Shown: positions 1 through 10,389, counted from the stretch's first letter. The stretch is 64,000 bases of DNA from Burkholderiales bacterium (GCA_036379875.1 DASVFV010000116.1:9933-73932); one strand, 5' to 3'. Numbers and translations: made by a program. Notes: generated from the letters alone by a model not told the origin.

Positions 1-224
1 CCGCGGCCCTCGTCCTCGACCTGCACCGAGCCGTCCTTGAACACGCTGATGGTGATGCGCTTGCCGAACCCCGCGAGCGCCTCGTCGACCGCGTTGTCGA
101 TCGCTTCCTGGACGATGTGCAGGGGATGCACCGTGTGGGTGTACATCCCCGGCATGCGACGTACGGGCTCAAGCCCCTTGAGGGCTTGGATCGCGGACGC
201 GTCGTAAACCTGCGGCTTTGCCAT
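1..224 (-). CDS. parE: DNA topoisomerase IV subunit B, N-terminal fragment (continues beyond window start)
   Basis: Minus-strand ATG at 224 with the frame open to the window edge, so it has no stop and is absent from the ORF track. Hand translation is MAKPQVYDASAIQALKGLEPVRRMPGMYTHTVHPLHIVQEAIDNAVDEALAGFGKRITISVFKDGSVQVEDEGRG. This is the GHKL ATPase N-terminus of type IIA topoisomerase B subunits. The LKGLEPVR.PGMYT..PLH pattern looks ParE-like rather than GyrB-like. Confidence 0.75.
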   Translation of the reverse strand, partial: MAKPQVYDASAIQALKGLEPVRRMPGMYTHTVHPLHIVQEAIDNAVDEALAGFGKRITISVFKDGSVQVEDEGR

Positions 225-253
225 GTATCTAGTGTTTCCTTGCTGCGGTAGCC

Positions 254-925
254 CTACCTATTGTACGCCTGCGCGAAACGCTCGATGCTGGCGGCCACCG
301 CGGTGGCGAGCGACGCCTCGTCCCAAAGCTGCAGGAGCTGCTTTTGCATGCGCAGCGCCCCGGCGTCGGCGGCGAGCAGCGCCTGGACGAGCCTCTCGCC
401 GTGACCGATTTCCTCGATCAGGCCCCATTCCAGCGCCCGCCGTGCGTCGATCGATTGTCCGGTGAGCACGAGCCATGCCGCCCGCCCGGAGCCCATGAGG
501 CGCGGCAGCAGCGCCGCTTCGACCACCGACGGGATCGCGAGCTTCACTTCCGGCATGGCGAATTTCGTGCCCTCCGCCGCGACGCGCAGGTCGCAGGCCG
601 CGGCAATCTCGAGGCCCGCGCCGATCACCGCGCCGTGCAGCCGCGCGACCACCGGCACCGGCAGCTCGCGGATGATTTTGCACGCTTCATGGATCCGGGT
701 GACGAAAGCGGGCGCGGTCTCGACGTTCAAAGAGCGCAATTCCACGACATCCGCGCCGCCGCAGAACGCCTTCCCACGGCCGGCCAGGACCACGACTTTT
801 GCGTCGTCAATTTTCCGCAAAGCGTGGTGCAGCTCCGCCAACATGGCGGAATTCAATGCGTTTGCTTTTTCCGGCCGGTTGAGGAAGATTCGGGCGACCG
901 CTCCTTCGCGTTCCACTTCCACCAT
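254..925 (-). CDS. enoyl-CoA hydratase/isomerase (crotonase) family protein
   Basis: ORF track 254..1075, trimmed to Met51 (MVEVEREGAVARIFLNRPEKANAL). Crotonase motifs are present (KAFCGGADV, HGAVIGAGLEIAAACD). The start choice is uncertain, and longer alternatives would overlap the divergent gene. Confidence 0.8.
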   Translation of the reverse strand: MVEVEREGAVARIFLNRPEKANALNSAMLAELHHALRKIDDAKVVVLAGRGKAFCGGADVVELRSLNVETAPAFVTRIHEACKIIRELPVPVVARLHGAVIGAGLEIAAACDLRVAAEGTKFAMPEVKLAIPSVVEAALLPRLMGSGRAAWLVLTGQSIDARRALEWGLIEEIGHGERLVQALLAADAGALRMQKQLLQLWDEASLATAVAASIERFAQAYNR

Positions 926-1637
926 GCTTTCATCATATAGCCGCGCGGCGCTGAAAAAAGTTTCTACCGCGACTTTGACCACCGTGCTGTTCAAGCGCGG
1001 GCTACGCAACGTCTTCATCCAGGGAATCTTCCTGCTGAACAAGGACGCGCCGCGCATGGTGGGCGAAGCGTTCACTCTGCGCTACATCCCGGCGCGCGAG
1101 GACGTCGACCAGCTCGGCGCCTTCGAGGGCCGCGGGCACCCGCAGCGCGAGGCGATCGAGGCCTGCCCGCCGGGTCACGTGCTGGTGATGGACGCGCGGC
1201 GCGACGCAGCCGCGGCGACCGGCGGCGACATCCTGATGACGCGCCTCATGGTGCGCGGCGCGGCAGGCGTGGTAACCGACGGCGGGCTGCGCGACTCGCC
1301 CACCATCGAGAAGCTGGACTGGCCGGCCTACTGCGGCGCGCGCTCGGCGCCGCTCAACCTGGTACGCCACCACGCGGTGGAGAGCCAGGTGCCGATCGGC
1401 TGCGGCGGCGTGGCCGTCTACCCGGGCGACGTGCTGGTCGGCGACGCCGAGGGCGTGGTGGTCATCCCGGCCAAGATGGCTGACGAAGTTGCAAAGGAAG
1501 CCGAGGCGCAAACCCAGTTCGAGGACTGGGTGGAGGCGCGCGTGAAGGAAGGGCGCTCCATTTTCGGGCTCTACCCGCCGAGCGCCGAGACCAAGGCCGA
1601 ATTCGAAGCCTGGAAGAACAACAACCCCAAAGCCTGA
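924..1637 (+). CDS. RraA-family protein (4-hydroxy-4-methyl-2-oxoglutarate aldolase / RraA-like fold)
   Basis: This is the C-terminal 237 aa of ORF 462..1637. From the ATG at 924 it reads MLSSYSRAALKKVSTATLTTVLFKRGLRNVF...TLRYIPAREDVD...GGDILMTRLMVRGAAGVVTDGGLRDS, typical of the RraA/aldolase family. The upstream part of the ORF is antisense to the crotonase gene. Confidence 0.8.
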   Translation: MLSSYSRAALKKVSTATLTTVLFKRGLRNVFIQGIFLLNKDAPRMVGEAFTLRYIPAREDVDQLGAFEGRGHPQREAIEACPPGHVLVMDARRDAAAATGGDILMTRLMVRGAAGVVTDGGLRDSPTIEKLDWPAYCGARSAPLNLVRHHAVESQVPIGCGGVAVYPGDVLVGDAEGVVVIPAKMADEVAKEAEAQTQFEDWVEARVKEGRSIFGLYPPSAETKAEFEAWKNNNPKA

Positions 1638-1681
1638 AATTCGTCAGTTATCATACAAGTTCACCCAGAGGAGGCAGATCC

Positions 1682-3043
1682 ATGTTGAGGAAGCTTTTCG
1701 CCGCTTGCGTGCTGGGCGCCTTCGCGTCCGTGGCGGCGGCGCAGGAAACGCTGGTCGTGTACTGGACCAAGGGGTTCTACCCGCAGGAGGACAAGGCGCT
1801 CGACGACATGGTCGCCAAGTTCGAGAAGAAGACCGGCGTGAAGGTGGAGCTGTCGCGCTATTCGCCGCAGGAATCGGTGCCGAAGGCGGTGGCCGCGCTC
1901 GACGCGGGCACGCCGCCCGACGTCGCCTACGGCGACGTGTTCGACTTCCAGGTTGCCGGCAAGTGGGCCGCCGAGGGCCGCCTCGAGGACCTCTCGGACA
2001 TCCTCACGCCGATGAAAGGCGACTTCCTGCCGGTCACGCTCGAGACCGTGTACCTGCTGAACGAGAAGACCGGCAAGCGCGCCTACTACGCGTTCCCGAT
2101 GAAGCGCCAGACCATGCACATCCAGTACTGGAAGGACATGCTGGCCGAGGCGGGCTTCAAGGACGGCGACATCCCGAAAACCTGGAAGGCCTACTGGGAC
2201 TTCTGGTGCGGCAAGGCGCAGGCCGGCTACCGCAAGAAGAGCGGCAAGCGCCTGTACTCGATCGGCTCGCCGATGGGCGTCGACTCGAGCGACTCGTTCT
2301 ATTCCTTCCTCACCTACATGGACGCCTACAACGTCAAGGTGGTGGACGACAACGGAAGACTGCTGGTCGACCGGCCGGAGGTGAAGAAGGGCCTGGCGGC
2401 GACGGTGCGCGACTACGCGCACACCATCGACGCGGGCTGCACGCCGCCCTCCGCGGTGAACTGGAAGGACCCGGACAACAACGTCGCGTTCCACAACAAG
2501 CAGATCATGATGACGCACAACGCGACCATCTCGATCGCCTCGAAGTGGCTCGACGACATGAACAACGAGAAGCTCACCGGCGAGCAGCGCGCCGAGGCGA
2601 AGAAGAACTACTACGAGAACATCGCCACCGCGGCGTTCCCGGCCAAGCCCGACGGCAAGCCGATGCAGTACCGCTCGGCGGTCAAGGTCGGCGTGGTGTT
2701 CCAGAACGCGAAGAACAAGAAGCGCGCCAAGGAGTTCGTGGCCTTCGCGATGCAGGACGAGAACCTCACGCCCTACGTCGAGGGCGCGCTCGGGCGCTGG
2801 TACCCGGTGAAGAAGGCCGCCGCATCGCGGCCGTTCTGGACCGAGGATCCGCACCGCAAGATCGTGCACGCGCAGTTCTCGGCCGGCACGGTGCCCTTCG
2901 AGTTCACCAAGAACTGGAAATTCACCATCCTCAACAACGAGAACGTTTGGGCGAAGGCGGTGAACCGCGTGGTGGTCGACAAGTGGACGCCGGAGAAGGC
3001 GGTCGACGAGATGGTGGCGAGGATCAAGCAGGTCGCCGGCTAG
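1682..3043 (+). CDS. ABC transporter substrate-binding protein (carbohydrate-type, family 1 SBP)
   Basis: 453 aa with a signal peptide (MLRKLFAACVLGAFASVAAAQ) and an AGGAGG SD upstream. It is followed by two MalF/MalG-type permeases and a MalK/UgpC-type ATPase. Confidence 0.85.
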   Translation: MLRKLFAACVLGAFASVAAAQETLVVYWTKGFYPQEDKALDDMVAKFEKKTGVKVELSRYSPQESVPKAVAALDAGTPPDVAYGDVFDFQVAGKWAAEGRLEDLSDILTPMKGDFLPVTLETVYLLNEKTGKRAYYAFPMKRQTMHIQYWKDMLAEAGFKDGDIPKTWKAYWDFWCGKAQAGYRKKSGKRLYSIGSPMGVDSSDSFYSFLTYMDAYNVKVVDDNGRLLVDRPEVKKGLAATVRDYAHTIDAGCTPPSAVNWKDPDNNVAFHNKQIMMTHNATISIASKWLDDMNNEKLTGEQRAEAKKNYYENIATAAFPAKPDGKPMQYRSAVKVGVVFQNAKNKKRAKEFVAFAMQDENLTPYVEGALGRWYPVKKAAASRPFWTEDPHRKIVHAQFSAGTVPFEFTKNWKFTILNNENVWAKAVNRVVVDKWTPEKAVDEMVARIKQVAG

Positions 3044-3074
3044 CTAGATTGAAACTTGTGGTTGGAGATTGACA

Positions 3075-3101
3075 CCGGGCCCTGACGGGCCCGGTTTATT
3101 T
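3075..3101 (+). terminator. Intrinsic terminator/attenuator hairpin between the SBP and permease genes
   Basis: CCGGGCCC-TGAC-GGGCCCGG is a perfect 8-bp GC stem (3075-3094) followed by TTTATTT. Partial terminators are commonly placed after the SBP gene in ABC operons. Confidence 0.5.
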
Positions 3102-3102
3102 G

Positions 3103-3987
3103 ATGTCCGCTATCGCGATTCCCCGCCCGGCGCCTGCGGCACCGAGGCGCGGGCTCAACACCTGGCAGGCGTGGGGCATCCTGCTGCTCGCGCCCTACGT
3201 CGTGGTGTTCTTCGTGTTCGTGCTCTACCCGGTCTCGTACGGGCTGTGGCTCGCGCGCAACCCGGAGAGCTACCGCACGCTGTTCGAGGACCCGGTGTTC
3301 TTCCCCACGGTCCTGAACACCGTGTTCTTCCTGCTGGTCGCGGTGAACCTCAAGTTCGTGCTGGCGCTTTTCCTGTCGGGCTTCTTCGTGCACGAGCGGC
3401 GCTGGATCCGCTGGCTGTCGGTGATCTTCATCATTCCCTGGGCGGTGCCGGCGATCCCGACCATCTTCTCGATCCGCTTCATGCTCAACCCGGAATGGGG
3501 CCTGGTGAACTCGCTCATCTTCCGCCTCACCGGCGCGGACGGGCCGAACTGGCTCACCAACCCGCCGCTCGCGATGACGATGGCGATGCTGGTGCACATC
3601 TGGAAAGCGCTGCCGTTCTGGACGCTGATCCTGATGGCCGGGCGCCTCGCGATCCCGAAGGAGCTCTACGAGGCCGCCAGCGTGGACGGCGCGAGCGCGT
3701 GGCAGAAATTCCGCTATGTCACGTGGCCGTCGATCCGCACGCTGTATGTGACATCCACCTTGCTCAGCCTGATCTGGACGCTCGGCGACTTCAACAGCGT
3801 GTACCTGCTCACCGGCGGGCAGCCCGCGGACCGCACCCACGTGCTCGCCACGCTCGGCATCCGTTACATCCGGCTCGACCAGCTCGACCACGCGATGGCC
3901 ACCATCGTGGTCGCGCTGCCGTTCGTGCTGCCGCTCGTCTACTTCATGATGAAGCGTCTCTCCGGGGATGAACAGAAAAGTTCTTAA
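3103..3987 (+). CDS. ABC transporter permease (MalF/UgpA-like)
   Basis: ORF track 3100..3987 begins with TTG. The ATG at 3103 is taken as the start. The protein is multi-TM with an EAA-like loop (ELYEAASVDGASAWQKFRYVTWP). Confidence 0.85.
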   Translation: MSAIAIPRPAPAAPRRGLNTWQAWGILLLAPYVVVFFVFVLYPVSYGLWLARNPESYRTLFEDPVFFPTVLNTVFFLLVAVNLKFVLALFLSGFFVHERRWIRWLSVIFIIPWAVPAIPTIFSIRFMLNPEWGLVNSLIFRLTGADGPNWLTNPPLAMTMAMLVHIWKALPFWTLILMAGRLAIPKELYEAASVDGASAWQKFRYVTWPSIRTLYVTSTLLSLIWTLGDFNSVYLLTGGQPADRTHVLATLGIRYIRLDQLDHAMATIVVALPFVLPLVYFMMKRLSGDEQKSS

Positions 3988-4806
3988 CGAGGCCAAGCTG
4001 TGGCTGATCGGGATCCCGGTGCTGCTGTGGACCCTGATCCCGATCTACCACATCTTTCTCTTCTCGATCTCCACGAAGGACTCGGCGTTCTCCGGCGCGC
4101 TGTGGCCGAAGGAGCCGACGCTGCGCAACTTCGCCACCGTGTTCAAGCAGGAGCACTTCTACCTGCACCACTTCTGGAACCAGATCTGGAACTCGCTGTG
4201 GATCGCGGTCGCCACCGGCCTCCTCACGCTGCTGGTGGCGACTTGCGCGGCCTTCTCAATAAGTAGATTACGAGTGAAAGGCGGCAGGACAGTGATGAAT
4301 GCGGCGCTCTTCACCTACTTCATCCCCGCGGCGTTCCTGGCGGTGCCGATGTACAAGGCGATGGGCAACTACGGCCTGCTCAACAGCCGCTGGTCGCTGG
4401 TGCTGGCGATGGTCACCATCGCCGCGCCGTACGCGATCTGGGTGCTGAAGCAGGCTTCCGACAAGCTGCCCTGGGAGCTCGACGAGGCGGCGCGCATCGA
4501 CGGCGCCACGCCGCTGCAGCTTTTCCGCCTGGTCTACCTGCCGCTCATGGTGCCGTCGCTGGTCGCGATCTTCACCTACGCGCTGCTCCTCGCCTGGAAC
4601 GAGTACCTGTACGCGTTCCTGCTGCTTTCGCACGAGAACACCATCCCGCTCGCGGTCGGCCTCGGGCACTTCCTCTCCTCCGACGATTCGCCCTGGGAGA
4701 TCCTCATGGCCACCGCGCTCATCTACGGCCTGCCGCCGGCGGCGATCTACTACGCGTTCCGCCGCTACATGGTGGGCGGCCTCACCGCCGGGGCGGTGAA
4801 GAGCTG

Positions 4807-4807
<1 letters not shown>
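3968..4807 (+). CDS. ABC transporter permease (MalG/UgpE-like)
   Basis: 279 aa, multi-TM, with the EAA loop [23 protein letters not shown]. It overlaps the upstream permease by 20 nt. Confidence 0.85.
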
Positions 4808-5850
<1,043 letters not shown>

Positions 5851-5861
5851 CTCCCCCACCT

Positions 5862-5929
5862 AATTCGGGGCCAGGGCCACGAATCGTTTTTCCGTACGTC
5901 GCGCCGATTCTTGGCCCTGGCCCCGAATT
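5862..5929. repeat. REPIN-like inverted REP doublet (family A)
   Basis: AATTCGGGGCCAGGGCCACGAATCG (5862-5886) pairs with its near-perfect reverse complement CGATTCTTGGCCCTGGCCCCGAATT (5905-5929). The spacer contains CGTACGT. The same unit recurs at 8479-8546 and 56909-56976. Confidence 0.85.
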
Positions 5930-5953
5930 AGGAACGTAGAATCGAGCTGATCC

Positions 5954-6928
5954 ATGGCAGAGCAAAGAGACTGGGCATTCCCGGCCGAGATGCGGCCGCG
6001 TCCCGAGGACTGGCGCTTCGACCTCGACAAGGCGCTGGACGCGGTGGTGCTGCTGCGCGCCGAGATCCCGGACGACGCGTTCACCGCGCCGATCCTCGGC
6101 ACCGAGCGCGCCGGCAACGGCGTGGTGATCAACGACAGCGGGCTGGTGCTCACCATCGGCTACCTGATCACCGAGGCGAGCGTGATCTGGCTCACCACCA
6201 ACAAGGGCACCGTGGCGGGCGGCACGGTGCTCGCCTACGACCAGGCCACCGGCTTCGGCCTGGTGCAGCCGCTCGGCAAGCTCGGCGTGAAGGCGATCGA
6301 GCGCGGCAGCGCCTCCTCGATCCGCGTGGGCGAGAACGTGGTGGTCGCCGGCCACGGCGGCCGCGCGCACGCGCTCAAAGCCACGGTGTTCGCGAAGCGC
6401 GAGTTCGCCGGCTACTGGGAGTACGTGCTCGATGAAGCGCTCTTCACCGCGCCCGCGCACCCGCAGTGGGGCGGCGCGGCGTTGATCGGCGCCGACGGCA
6501 AGCTCGCCGCGCTCGGCTCGCTGCTCGTGCAGGAAAAGATCGACGCCGGGACCATCCAGGGCAACATGATGGTGCCGATCGACCTCCTCGAGCCGATCCT
6601 CGACGACATGGCGAGGACCGGGCGCGCCAACCGCGCGCCGCGCCCGTGGCTCGGCATGTACACCACCGAGGCGGGCGAGCGCCTGGTCATCGCCGGCCTC
6701 GCGCCCGGCGGACCGGCCGAGCGCGCCGGCGCGCGCGTCGGCGATGCGGTGCTGGAAGTGGCCGGCGCGCGTCCCAAGAGCCTCGCCGACCTCTGGCGCA
6801 AGATCTGGGACCTCGGCCCCTCAGGCTCGATCGTGCCGCTCAAGCTCGGCCGCAGCGGCAAGTCCACCGAAGTGCGCATCACCTCCGCCGACCGCGGCGA
6901 CTTCCTCAAGAAGCCGCACCTGCACTAA
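5954..6928 (+). CDS. trypsin-fold (S1C/HtrA-like) + PDZ domain protein, probably non-catalytic
   Basis: 324 aa with no signal peptide. It has an HtrA-like core (GNGVVINDSGLVLTIGYLITEA ... AYDQATGFGLV ... HPQWGGAALIGADGKL) followed by a PDZ-like C-terminus (PWLGMYT...GLAPGGPAERAGARVGDAVLEV). A paralogue lies at 46786-47751. Confidence 0.75.
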   Translation: MAEQRDWAFPAEMRPRPEDWRFDLDKALDAVVLLRAEIPDDAFTAPILGTERAGNGVVINDSGLVLTIGYLITEASVIWLTTNKGTVAGGTVLAYDQATGFGLVQPLGKLGVKAIERGSASSIRVGENVVVAGHGGRAHALKATVFAKREFAGYWEYVLDEALFTAPAHPQWGGAALIGADGKLAALGSLLVQEKIDAGTIQGNMMVPIDLLEPILDDMARTGRANRAPRPWLGMYTTEAGERLVIAGLAPGGPAERAGARVGDAVLEVAGARPKSLADLWRKIWDLGPSGSIVPLKLGRSGKSTEVRITSADRGDFLKKPHLH

Positions 6929-7673
6929 TACCGACCCCCAATTCGGGGTCAGGGCCAAGACTCCGTTGTCGCAATTCCGGACCAGGGCCAGAACTCGGTC
7001 GCGGCCCGGGTTTATCCGGCGCGGTCTGCCAACCGAGCGGTTCGAGCACGCCAGTCTTGAAAGGGTCGCTCGCCAGGGGATACCCCGTATTCGTCGCCTC
7101 GCGGATGGCGTTGAGCAGCGGCTCGTCGAGCTGCTCGATGAAGAGCGCTCGATAGGCGCGCCGTCGCTCTTCCTCGTCTACTGCCAGAGCCGCGAATTCG
7201 GGATGCGCGGCAATGCACGGATCCGAGCCGCTGCCGCTGTTCACGGCGTAGCTCGACCATGGATAGCCGCCCGGCTCGCCAACCATCCCGGCGCGTACAG
7301 GATTGAGCTCGATGTATCTATAGCAAGCGAGCACATAGCGCGCCGATTCGGCGATGCACGAGCGAAACCGGCCCTCCCACAATGTGCCGGTGCGGCCATG
7401 GCGCGAGTTGAAGTAAGGAACGTAGCGTTGCCCGAGGTCGCGCATCAGGGCGGTACACGAGCGCGTGTGGCTCGGGGTCAGCAGCAGATGAACGTGATTC
7501 GTCATCAGGCAATACGCATGCAGCGCGCAGCCGTGCTTGCTCGCGAGCTGTCGCAGATTGGACAGATACACAAGGTAATCGGCTTCGACACGAAAGCACG
7601 CGCTACGGTTTACACCGCGCTGAATCACGTGAAGCGCCACACCGGGAAAGACCATGCGCGTTCGTCTCGCCAT
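6906..7673 (-). CDS. REP-associated tyrosine transposase (RAYT; IS200/IS605 TnpA-like Y1 HUH enzyme)
   Basis: ORF track 6906..7691 has a GTG start. The ATG at 7673 gives MARRTRMVFPGVALHVIQRGVNR. The HUH motif (MTNHVHLLL) and the Tyr motif (YRYIELNPVRAG) are both present. The last ~35 codons read through REP sequence (GPGPEL...), and the gene is flanked by family-A REPs in inverted orientation. Confidence 0.8.
   Translation of the reverse strand: MARRTRMVFPGVALHVIQRGVNRSACFRVEADYLVYLSNLRQLASKHGCALHAYCLMTNHVHLLLTPSHTRSCTALMRDLGQRYVPYFNSRHGRTGTLWEGRFRSCIAESARYVLACYRYIELNPVRAGMVGEPGGYPWSSYAVNSGSGSDPCIAAHPEFAALAVDEEERRRAYRALFIEQLDEPLLNAIREATNTGYPLASDPFKTGVLEPLGWQTAPDKPGPRPSSGPGPELRQRSLGPDPELGVGISAGAAS
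6940..6998. repeat. two tandem degenerate family-A REP units
   Basis: AATTCGGGGTCAGGGCCAAGACTCC (6940-6964) and AATTCCGGACCAGGGCCAGAACTCGG (6973-6998) are in the same orientation. They overlap the 3' end of the RAYT ORF. Confidence 0.65.
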
Positions 7674-7707
7674 GCAACCTAAACGAGACACGGGCGCTAC
7701 AGGTTGA

Positions 7708-7732
7708 CCGAGTCGCGGCCCTGGCCCCGAAT
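7708..7732. repeat. single family-A REP unit (reverse orientation)
   Basis: CCGAGTCGCGGCCCTGGCCCCGAATT lies upstream of the RAYT gene. It is inverted relative to the units at 6940-6998 and abuts the TAA stop of the hydrolase gene. Confidence 0.7.
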
Positions 7733-8385
7733 TAGTACTTCGAGATGAAGTCGATGACTGCCCGGTTGAACGCTTCGGGCTGCTCCCAGAACGCCGAGTG
7801 GCCGCACTCCGGAATGACCACCGACTCGCAGTTCGGGAAGCGCGCGGCGAACAAGCGCAGCACCGAAGGCGGCATGTAGAGGTCGGCGTCGCCGGTGATA
7901 AGCAGCGTGGGTGTCTTGATGGTTTCGAGCGCGGCCCAGGTGATGCGGTTCTTCGGCGGCAGGGAAGTGACGTGGCGCGCGAGCTCCATCCAGCGCTTCG
8001 TGCCCTCCGGATTGGCCGCGCGATAGGAAGGCCCGAGCTCGCGCACCTCCGGCGGCAGCGCCGGAAACGCGGGCGCGGGCCGCAGGCGGCGCGACAGCTC
8101 GACGTAGTCGTCGTCCTGCACGCCGACGATGCTGTTCGCGACCACCAGGCTGATCAATTTTTCGGGATGGCCGAGGGCGTAGTCGACCGCGACGATCCCG
8201 CCGGCCGCGGTGCCGACCAGGTGGAAGCGATCGAGCAGCAGGTGCGCGGCGAGCGCCTCGAGGTCCTCGACCGGACTGCCTTCCGCGCGCCGGTCATAGG
8301 CGATGAAGCGGTAGCCCAGGCTGGTGAAGGCGGGGATCTGGTTCTCCCACATCGCGCTCGAGCCCGAGCCGGCGTGCAGGAACAC
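7732..8385 (-). CDS. alpha/beta-hydrolase fold protein, possibly degenerate (no Ser nucleophile; canonical start missing)
   Basis: ORF track 7732..8385 has a GTG start. Conserved fold sequence continues upstream in frame (..LRIEELFGAGLRYQDSFGEASGAGAPIV-FLHAGSGSS) as far as a stop at 8488-8490, with no ATG, GTG or TTG. The nucleophile elbow reads HLVGTAAGG, with Ala where Ser, Asp or Cys is expected. The C-terminal GHSAFWEQPE His motif is present. Confidence 0.6.
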   Translation of the reverse strand: MFLHAGSGSSAMWENQIPAFTSLGYRFIAYDRRAEGSPVEDLEALAAHLLLDRFHLVGTAAGGIVAVDYALGHPEKLISLVVANSIVGVQDDDYVELSRRLRPAPAFPALPPEVRELGPSYRAANPEGTKRWMELARHVTSLPPKNRITWAALETIKTPTLLITGDADLYMPPSVLRLFAARFPNCESVVIPECGHSAFWEQPEAFNRAVIDFISKY

Positions 8386-8478
8386 GATCGGCGCGCCCGC
8401 GCCGCTCGCCTCGCCGAAGCTGTCCTGGTAGCGCAGCCCGGCGCCAAAAAGCTCTTCGATCCTCAGCGTCGTAACCCT

Positions 8479-8546
8479 AATTCGGGGTCAGGGCCGCAAA
8501 TCGGCTTCGCGTACGTGAAAACGATTCGTGGCCCTGGCCCCGAATT
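8479..8546. repeat. REPIN-like inverted REP doublet (family A)
   Basis: AATTCGGGGTCAGGGCCGCAAATCGG (8479-8504) pairs with CGATTCGTGGCCCTGGCCCCGAATT (8522-8546). The spacer contains GCGTACGTG. Confidence 0.85.
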
Positions 8547-8552
8547 GTGCTG

Positions 8553-10043
<1,491 letters not shown>

Positions 10044-10086
10044 GACCTTCCTCGCGAAGGCCATAACTTTACGCCAGCTTCAGCCG

Positions 10087-10380
10087 CTATGTACCGGTGA
10101 GGCTCGGTTTCTCCGCGTGACGCTGCATCGCGTCGAGGTGACGGTGGTACATCACGTTCGGGCAGAAGGCCTCGATCTCGGCGTCGCGGCCGGCGACGAT
10201 CAAGCGGGCGCACTCGTCGGCCTTGCGGCAGTCGCGGCAGCGCTCGGCCGCGGCGACCAGCGCCTGCGGATTGCGCGCGGCGAGCTCGCGCGTGCCGCGC
10301 CGGCGCAGGATTTCCCACAGCTCGAGCTGCTCGACGTCGCGCGAAGCGCGCCACCAGGCACGCGATAGCCAGCGGAACAT
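10087..10380 (-). CDS. small Cys-motif protein (DUF6455-like, by recollection)
   Basis: 97 aa. The pattern CRDCRKADECARLI...FCPN resembles the C-x2-C-x5-C ... CPN pattern I associate with DUF6455. No search was run. Confidence 0.5.
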   Translation of the reverse strand: MFRWLSRAWWRASRDVEQLELWEILRRRGTRELAARNPQALVAAAERCRDCRKADECARLIVAGRDAEIEAFCPNVMYHRHLDAMQRHAEKPSLTGT

Positions 10381-10389
10381 GCCGCCAGC

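Noticed and set aside
5862-8546. Whether the repeated AATTCGGGGCCAGGGCC units could be a CRISPR array.
   Set aside because: The units occur as inverted pairs with 17-18-nt spacers and irregular kilobase distances. There is no direct-repeat/spacer periodicity and no cas genes. An adjacent RAYT explains them as REP/REPIN elements.
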